From: Pseudomonadota bacterium | Lineage (GTDB): Bacteria > Pseudomonadota > Alphaproteobacteria > Sphingomonadales > Sphingomonadaceae | DNA length: 64,000 nt | Assembly (NCBI GenBank): GCA_040385545.1 | Contig: JAZKHF010000066.1 | Location: 375 to 64,374 of the forward strand | Direction: 5' to 3' | In this document: positions 57,874 to 64,000 of the stretch, piece by piece | Layout of the letters: every line of letters begins with the position of its first letter | How positions within the stretch are numbered: the stretch's first letter is position 1 | Notes under the pieces: generated by a model | The model's input: only the letters and a program-made list of their open reading frames with translations | What the model was told of the DNA's origin: nothing | The model's database searches: none | Program-made: the position numbers and the translations under genes

Positions 57874-59213
57874 CGGTTGCCCTTCTGTCGCTCACTCAAT
57901 TCGACGCTGCCCGCTTCAACGCGCGTTACCCAAGCGCTGTCTTGCGACAGGGTTTCTTCCCACACCCCAGCCAACGCTTCGCTCGCCGAGTCTTCATCCT
58001 CAAGGTCGACCAGCTCTTTCTCGTCGACTCCCTCTTGGTCGAAATCCGCGATGAACAGACGAACCGGGTAGACATGATTGTCGACCGAAGCGCCCGTGAG
58101 GCATCCGCCAGCGATTCCGACGGCGATCTTTACCGGCTCAGGCGTTCCGGTGAGTCGGCCGATTCCGTCCAGCGCACCCTTGATGAAATGCCGGGCTTCC
58201 GTGGCCTCTTCGGTCGCGGCAATCAATTCATCGTCGTGCACAAACTCTGACGGAGAGATTAACCGCTCGTTCGCGCTGGCCAGTCCGGTCAACGCGCCTT
58301 CCGCCGACTCGAGCGCGTTCGTGATGCCGGACAAGGCTGGCCACAGCGCCAGGACCGAAGCCCGCACGCGGTCGACGGTATTGCGCGCCGCTGCAGCTTC
58401 GTCGCGCTCGCTTTCTTCTATGTGCTCAAGCCAGTCATCTGCGAATTGGGTGGCAAGGCTGATGACGCTGAGAAGCTCGCCCAGGTCCAGACCCAGGGCT
58501 TTGCCGTTGTCATGGTTGAATTCCAGCGCCGTCACGGCTGGCATAACTGGTTGAACGCCGGCGGTGACGAGAATTTCGTCCAGGACCGCAACCACAGTGT
58601 CGGCTTCCTCATGGCCCGCCGTTTCGTTCATTTCGCCCGCCGCCTGACGTTTGCTCCACTCCTCACGCTGCTCGACCACATGGGCTATCATGGCCTTTCC
58701 ATCCATTGTGAGCGGCTGGCCATCCCGATAGGTGGCCGCCGAATTCCACGGCTTGACGTCGACCGTTTCCACTTGCTCGATCCAGACCATCGGGAAGTCG
58801 ATCTTCGAATCCGGAAGGTAGCGATCGTCTTCGGCCACGAAGTCTTCGAGCGCGGCCCGCGCGGCTTCGTCATCAAGGTTGAACGGGAGCGCGAACGGTT
58901 GAAGCGAGAAAGACCCTTCGACGTGGCGCTGCAGCCGCGCCACAGCCTCATCCACGCCATCGTCATAGCCGACAAGGCGGGCGAATTGCATTTCTGCCAC
59001 CACGCGCCGCCAATCGTCGCCAGCGTGAAGCGTGAGCGACGGCACAAAAGCCAGCGCCTCTTCATCGTCCCTGAGCCAGTCCCGCAAGTCGGGGAGAAGA
59101 TCGTTGACGAACGAGATCGCGTTGACGTCGGCGCAATCGCTGGTGTGGCTGGCCAGCTGGCGAATGCCGGGCACGCTCCAATGAGAGGCGACGGTGAGAT
59201 AGGTCTTCGACAT
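57870..59213 (-). CDS. Large acidic hypothetical protein
   Basis: 447-aa ORF, GAAGGGAA RBS. Confidence 0.7.
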   Translation of the reverse strand: MSKTYLTVASHWSVPGIRQLASHTSDCADVNAISFVNDLLPDLRDWLRDDEEALAFVPSLTLHAGDDWRRVVAEMQFARLVGYDDGVDEAVARLQRHVEGSFSLQPFALPFNLDDEAARAALEDFVAEDDRYLPDSKIDFPMVWIEQVETVDVKPWNSAATYRDGQPLTMDGKAMIAHVVEQREEWSKRQAAGEMNETAGHEEADTVVAVLDEILVTAGVQPVMPAVTALEFNHDNGKALGLDLGELLSVISLATQFADDWLEHIEESERDEAAAARNTVDRVRASVLALWPALSGITNALESAEGALTGLASANERLISPSEFVHDDELIAATEEATEARHFIKGALDGIGRLTGTPEPVKIAVGIAGGCLTGASVDNHVYPVRLFIADFDQEGVDEKELVDLEDEDSASEALAGVWEETLSQDSAWVTRVEAGSVELSERQKGNR

Positions 59214-59249
59214 AGGTAATTCCCTTCAATGATGCGCTTCGCGCGCCGG

Positions 59250-59471
59250 TTAAATGAATTGGAAGCCAAGACTGTAGTTGGCCACGTTGTCGCAAACCAC
59301 TTCGGAAAAGCAGTTTTCAAGGTTCGGCTGGTCGGCGGAGCCAAGGAAGGCGAGCGCGGCGCTCAGAGACACCCCGCCGCCGCTTTTCATATAAGCGGCA
59401 ACCGCCGCGCGATGAAGCTCCGCCGGATCGTTGACGTTGATCCGGATCGTCACCGTGACGGGCGCGCTCAT
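59250..59471 (-). CDS. Hypothetical protein
   Basis: ATGA coupling to clamp gene. Confidence 0.55.
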   Translation of the reverse strand: MSAPVTVTIRINVNDPAELHRAAVAAYMKSGGGVSLSAALAFLGSADQPNLENCFSEVVCDNVANYSLGFQFI

Positions 59472-61951
59472 GCCAATGACTCCTGGTCCGAACGTTCAGC
59501 ACGGCTGGCCAGTGGCAAGATGATCGACGGCGCAGCGTCTTCGGCTGGACGTCGATCCAGAGTGGCGGAGCGAGCGGCAAGGCTTTCCAGCGCATCGCAC
59601 CGCACGGTGAGCCGTCCCGCCATCGCCATCGCACCGCTGGCCTTGGCCCGATAGCGAAGCGCAGTCCGGACGCGCCGGAACCGCTGGCCAAGATGATCTT
59701 GGCGCATGGTCCGCGCTTCGTCGCGCTCCGCCGTAACCGTGGCCAGCTGGCTTACAAGCTCCGCCACCCTCTCTTGCGCCACGTTGGCACAGCGTTCGAG
59801 CACAGCGTTCGAAAGCGCGAAGCCCTGGCGCTGGCGACGAAGCGCCAGATATGCCCGGACAATCCGTTCCCGCGCAGCTGAACGCTCAGGCTTGGCCGCC
59901 GCCGGCGTAACAGTGGCCGCCGGCACGCCGCCGCCCTTCACCATCGCGGCGATGCTGGCCAGCTGGAATTCCAGATCAGCGACGCGGCTGGCCAGAGCAT
60001 CCGGCTTCGGCTCGCGTGGCGCCGCGGCCTGGTCCGCGCGGGCGCGGGGAAGTATCTCGCGCTTGATGTTGTCGCGGAGCACGCGCTTCCAGCTGCCGCC
60101 CTTCGCCTCAGGCTCGCACATCGGCACGCCTTCTTTCGTGACGCGCCGGACAAAGGGACCATCCCCGCGATAGGTGCCGCCGTCGACGAAGATGACTTGG
60201 CCGTAGACGGTTTCGACCTTGACCACGTCCAGAGGCCCGGCTTCATCGGCTGGCGCATCGATCGGCGGAGAGTCGATCGCTTCCGCCGCGACCGGCGCGG
60301 GAAGCTCTTCGCTCGCCTCTTCAACCGGCTCAGGCGCCGCCTCAGGCTCGACAACCGGCGCGACCGGCTCCGGACTAGGGCAAGGCTCCTGGACAGGCTC
60401 AGCGGCGGCCACGGGCGCGGCTGGCATGGCCACGGGATCGCCCGCCTCACCCTTAAGCCACGCCGAATAGGCCATTGAACGCCGATAGGTGGTCTGGTCG
60501 TTCATCTGGACAGCGGCCAGCGCCTTCACGATCAGGCGCGCTTCAAGGCGCGTCTTCCCACGGCTGGCGATGAAGGCGATTGCCGCTGTCATGGCCTTGC
60601 CCAGCGCCGCCCGCCGCTTCGTGCGAAGCCGCCGCGCCGCCCGGATAAAGTCAGGCCGCCGCGCTGTGTCGCTCGGCATCGGTCCAATAGGAGTCAGCGC
60701 GTCGCGCGCCAGTTGCGGGAGATCGGCCATCAGCCGCTCCATTGGGTTCATGTTCAGCTTGGCCACGTTCGCCTCGCTCATCACTTGCCCATGCGTGCGA
60801 AGCGGCATCAGGACAAGCAACAGGCCCGGCTGGCTTTCGCCTTCGATCCGGAACGGTGCCGTCGCATCTTCGCCGGTCAGCGTCACGTCGCCGTCGAAGA
60901 GCTTCAACGCCTCAGTGAGATAGCGCGCATTGACGCCGAGCGCATATTCGCCGCTCGCAATGTCCGCTTCGACAACCGCCGCGCTCGTGCCGCTTTCCGG
61001 CGAAGAGCAGCTGGCGACCATCTTCTGGCCAGCGACAAGGCTCAGCGTCACGCCTCGCGTTCGCTCATCCGACGTCGCGGTGACGGTGGCCAGCGTATCG
61101 GCGACCTTGCCAGCGTCGAACGTGACGCGGTGCTGGTTATGGTGCGGGATCACCCTGGTATAGTCGGGGAACGTGCCGTCGATTGTCTTCGTCGTCAGGC
61201 GCACGCGCCCAATCTGCAATTCAATCTTCGTCGCGCTGACCCGGACCCGAGTAAAGCGTTCCGCGCTCGCCTTCGCGCCTAGCAAAGCGTGGGCGACCGT
61301 GGCCGCCTTTTTCGGCAAGAGCACATCGGGCATGGTTTCGGCGCCCGGCTGGATCGGCACGGTATAGCGCGCCAGCCTGTGGCCGTCGGTCGCGGCGAAG
61401 CGGAGCACGTCAGGCTCGCCCGGCTGGTCACAGCGCGCGTGAAGGAAGACGCCCATCAGATAGTATCGCGTCTCTTCGGAAGAGATCGCGTGCCGCGTAT
61501 TGTCCAGCGCGCGGCGGAGCACGGAATGAGGAAGCTCGAAGTCGGCCGCAAATTCGCCGACGATCATTTCCGGAAAGTCATCGGCGGAACGGCTGGCCAG
61601 CGTAGAGCGCGCGCCGGTCGCGTCATTGACTAGCTCGACCTTGCCGCCGACGTCGATCATCGTGACGGTCTCGCCCTTCACCTTGGCGATAGCATCGGCG
61701 AACGCCTTCGCCTCTACGGTGAAGGAACCGGACGAATCGCCCAGCGCGGCGCATGGGAATTCGATCCTGGCCACAATGTCCAGATCGGTCCCGGTCGCGC
61801 TGGCCAGCCCGTCGCGGAACGTGAAAAGGATATGAGACAGGATTGGGATGGTGTTGCGGCGCTCGACAATCTTCTTCGTCACCTTGGCCACTTCGGCAAG
61901 GCTCGCTGTGTCGGTCTGGAAGCCGACGCTCATGCTTGAATAGTCGTTCAT
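59468..61951 (-). CDS. dnaN: DNA polymerase III beta sliding clamp with long C-terminal extension
   Basis: RRNTIPILSHI, GTDLD, AISSEETRYYLMGV, ATDGHRLA, IDGTFPDYTRVIP, LVLMPLR, then about 440 extra aa. Confidence 0.9.
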   Translation of the reverse strand: MNDYSSMSVGFQTDTASLAEVAKVTKKIVERRNTIPILSHILFTFRDGLASATGTDLDIVARIEFPCAALGDSSGSFTVEAKAFADAIAKVKGETVTMIDVGGKVELVNDATGARSTLASRSADDFPEMIVGEFAADFELPHSVLRRALDNTRHAISSEETRYYLMGVFLHARCDQPGEPDVLRFAATDGHRLARYTVPIQPGAETMPDVLLPKKAATVAHALLGAKASAERFTRVRVSATKIELQIGRVRLTTKTIDGTFPDYTRVIPHHNQHRVTFDAGKVADTLATVTATSDERTRGVTLSLVAGQKMVASCSSPESGTSAAVVEADIASGEYALGVNARYLTEALKLFDGDVTLTGEDATAPFRIEGESQPGLLLVLMPLRTHGQVMSEANVAKLNMNPMERLMADLPQLARDALTPIGPMPSDTARRPDFIRAARRLRTKRRAALGKAMTAAIAFIASRGKTRLEARLIVKALAAVQMNDQTTYRRSMAYSAWLKGEAGDPVAMPAAPVAAAEPVQEPCPSPEPVAPVVEPEAAPEPVEEASEELPAPVAAEAIDSPPIDAPADEAGPLDVVKVETVYGQVIFVDGGTYRGDGPFVRRVTKEGVPMCEPEAKGGSWKRVLRDNIKREILPRARADQAAAPREPKPDALASRVADLEFQLASIAAMVKGGGVPAATVTPAAAKPERSAARERIVRAYLALRRQRQGFALSNAVLERCANVAQERVAELVSQLATVTAERDEARTMRQDHLGQRFRRVRTALRYRAKASGAMAMAGRLTVRCDALESLAARSATLDRRPAEDAAPSIILPLASRAERSDQESLA

Positions 61952-62053
61952 ATCAATTCCCTTCGTTGTCGGGCTTCGTCGCCCGTCTGGCGAGCCTCGC
62001 AAGGCTGGCCAGAGGGACGGCTGGCGCGGCTGGTCCGCCGCGCCAGCGCGCCT

Positions 62054-62668
62054 TTAGGCTTCGCGGTCGGCTATGACGTCAGCGCACGGATCGCGGCTGC
62101 AATCGATCGACGCCCGCCCGCATCCCTCGCACGTCTCGCCTTCGGCTGCTTCGGCTAGATCGGAGTCCTCGGCTGGCGCCACGGTTTCCAACCGTCCAAA
62201 ATCCCACGCGCCAGCCGCGCCGCCGTCATACTCTACGGTGACAAGCGCCCGCCGCCCGGTCGCGAAGCTGTGGACAAGCCCCAGCATTCCGTTCGCGCAC
62301 CGCACTCGCATCCCTTCGGCAAGCATCGCTTCCGTCACGGGCATCCACGCTATGGGAGCACAGCCGGGCCAAGGGGTCACAAGTCGCGCCGAGTCCTCTT
62401 CCCATTCCTCGCGCCCGCCGTCGTCGAAGTCTTCTAGCAATTCGGGAAACGGCTGGCCCTTGAAGACAGGCCGGACGGCTAAGCAGATTCCGGCGAATCC
62501 CTTACCTTGTTGCGTGGTCGCGCCGGTCGCGCATTCCAGCCGCTCACGGAGCGCCGCTGCCATCCCGTCACCGATAGCGCATAGGGCAACTTCGAACGCC
62601 CTCGCTTGTGGATGATCGAGCCGGGCCAGCGCCTCTTGGGCTTCGTCCAATTTCAGAAATAACGACAT
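62054..62668 (-). CDS. Hypothetical protein
   Basis: GAAGGGAA RBS; C-terminal CEGC...C...C. Confidence 0.65.
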   Translation of the reverse strand: MSLFLKLDEAQEALARLDHPQARAFEVALCAIGDGMAAALRERLECATGATTQQGKGFAGICLAVRPVFKGQPFPELLEDFDDGGREEWEEDSARLVTPWPGCAPIAWMPVTEAMLAEGMRVRCANGMLGLVHSFATGRRALVTVEYDGGAAGAWDFGRLETVAPAEDSDLAEAAEGETCEGCGRASIDCSRDPCADVIADREA

Positions 62669-62728
62669 ATCGATTCCCTTCGGTTTGGCGCTTCGGCGCG
62701 CCTTTGAGTTAAGCCCTTAGCAGCGTGC

Positions 62729-63292
62729 TTAAGCGAGCAACTCGGCCGCAATTTCCTGAATTACGCCATCGGCATAAATGGCTTGGCCTGTCGTTGATCG
62801 CCCCCAGATTGTTAGCCCGGCGACGTCGCGGACTATGCGTTCGCCTTTGGCTTCGAGCTTCGCCGCGAAATAGTCCGTAACAAGCCAGTGCTCGTAAACC
62901 TCGGCGCCATCAGGACGGTCGATCATATCGGCGCGCGAGTCGAAAAGGTCGCGCCATGCGTCCAACTCGCTTTCGTGGCGAGCTACTTCGGGCGAATCCT
63001 CGTCGAAGCAATCGGCCTCGCTCGCGTCCAACCATATCCACTGGCCATCCTCGCCTTGTGATACGGTGAAGCCGTCCGGCGCCGCGTCGCGGTAGTCATC
63101 CGCCGTAGGATCGCGATAGGCCAGCGCGAGCATATCGTCTTCATCAAAGCCCAACTCTTGGCTTCTCGCGGATAGCACGTCGTTTGATATTTTCTGCAGC
63201 GACGAAACGAGGCCCGAGACGCAATAGCAAACTTCCCGTTCGATGAGCTTGCGGGCGAATTCGTCGACCGCTTTTTCTTGTTCGTTTGTCAT
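62729..63292 (-). CDS. Conserved phage early protein
   Basis: EVYEHWLVTDYFAAKLEAKGE...IWGRSTTGQAIYADGVI. Confidence 0.75.
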   Translation of the reverse strand: MTNEQEKAVDEFARKLIEREVCYCVSGLVSSLQKISNDVLSARSQELGFDEDDMLALAYRDPTADDYRDAAPDGFTVSQGEDGQWIWLDASEADCFDEDSPEVARHESELDAWRDLFDSRADMIDRPDGAEVYEHWLVTDYFAAKLEAKGERIVRDVAGLTIWGRSTTGQAIYADGVIQEIAAELLA

Positions 63293-63331
63293 TTTAGTCC
63301 CTTCCCTATGTGTTGGTGCTTCGCGCGCCGT

Positions 63332-63631
63332 TCATGCCCAATCGTGAATTGGCAGCTTACGCTCGGCGGCTATCTTTGCCGCGAAAGCGCGTGCCTCTTC
63401 GGCGGTTGATCGATCCGCGATGCAATCAGCACCTTGGCCCTCGCGCCATATGTAGACGCTCCAAAAGGTCGCGCCCGGTTGATCGTCGACTCGCTCGCCG
63501 CTTCGCTCGCCCATCTCGGCGACGCGTTCGACGCAATCGCCAAGGTCAACGCACCCGGCTATTTCCAGCGCGTCAGCGGTGGCCAGCCCGGCAATGATGA
63601 AGGGCGACGTCCAGTCAGTTTTGTTTGTCAT
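63332..63631 (-). CDS. Hypothetical protein
   Basis: GGAG RBS; FWSVY...CIAD motif. Confidence 0.65.
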   Translation of the reverse strand: MTNKTDWTSPFIIAGLATADALEIAGCVDLGDCVERVAEMGERSGERVDDQPGATFWSVYIWREGQGADCIADRSTAEEARAFAAKIAAERKLPIHDWA

Positions 63632-63632
63632 A

Positions 63633-63893
63633 TCAGGACTCCGTAGCCGCCAGCGCGGCGATAAAGAGGGAAGCGAAAGCAGCGCCGCCTAGAATGACGG
63701 CAAGGCCACTGGCGCGCGCATCGCCCCATTGCATCGCACCCAAGGCGGCAGCGCCGAGCACGGCGGCCAGTATACCTAGGCCAATTGCCCAATGGCGAGC
63801 GGTGGCCTTGGCCCTACGCTCACGCTCGCTTAACCAGCGGCGGCGCCCAAAGCCGGGCTTGTCAGCTGGGCGCCTCACAGTGCCGACTCCCAC
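63633..63893 (-). CDS. Small two-TM protein
   Basis: Two hydrophobic segments; start uncertain. Confidence 0.5.
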   Translation of the reverse strand: MGVGTVRRPADKPGFGRRRWLSERERRAKATARHWAIGLGILAAVLGAAALGAMQWGDARASGLAVILGGAAFASLFIAALAATES

Positions 63894-64000
63894 GCTTCAC
63901 CGTTCCACTTTTGCAAGCGTGCCACGTCCGGCTCTTCACCGCTGGAAAGCGACCTTGCGGCCTGTTTCAGCGCGTCGGCTGTGTCGCGCGCGCCGATGGC

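Overview
The window is one continuous stretch of a GC-rich tailed dsDNA phage or prophage with a lambda-like siphovirus head module. A host in the Alphaproteobacteria is inferred from GcrA-like and GapR-like genes and from promoter style. Layout: lysis genes (1-1555, +); a leftward early/accessory operon (1617-12183, -) with ASCH, a GcrA-HTH/Gp88 fusion, a HerA-like ATPase, a 2OG-Fe(II)-like protein, HU, RecT/Bet and DUF5131; a divergent control region; a rightward replication operon (12378-19026) with Cro-like, GapR-like, RuvC-like, MT-A70 MTase, DnaB, an initiator with internal iterons and a Dam-like MTase; packaging, head and tail genes (19736-51164) including a -1 frameshifted tail chaperone, an initiator-type tRNA-Met, an 828-bp transposase-less IS-like element and a DUF1996 lipoprotein; and a second leftward region (51161-63900, -) with HNH, Mom-like GNAT, PAPS-reductase-like, DNA ligase and an extended DnaN clamp. 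No integrase, CI-type repressor, CRISPR array or reverse transcriptase was recognised. Best candidate for an undescribed system: the motif GCACGGGCA sits just upstream of five start codons, including dnaB, and its antisense lies in a putative minus-strand small RNA at about 44800-44880, suggesting an sRNA-controlled translational regulon. All calls come from reading motifs by eye; no database searches or folding programs were run.
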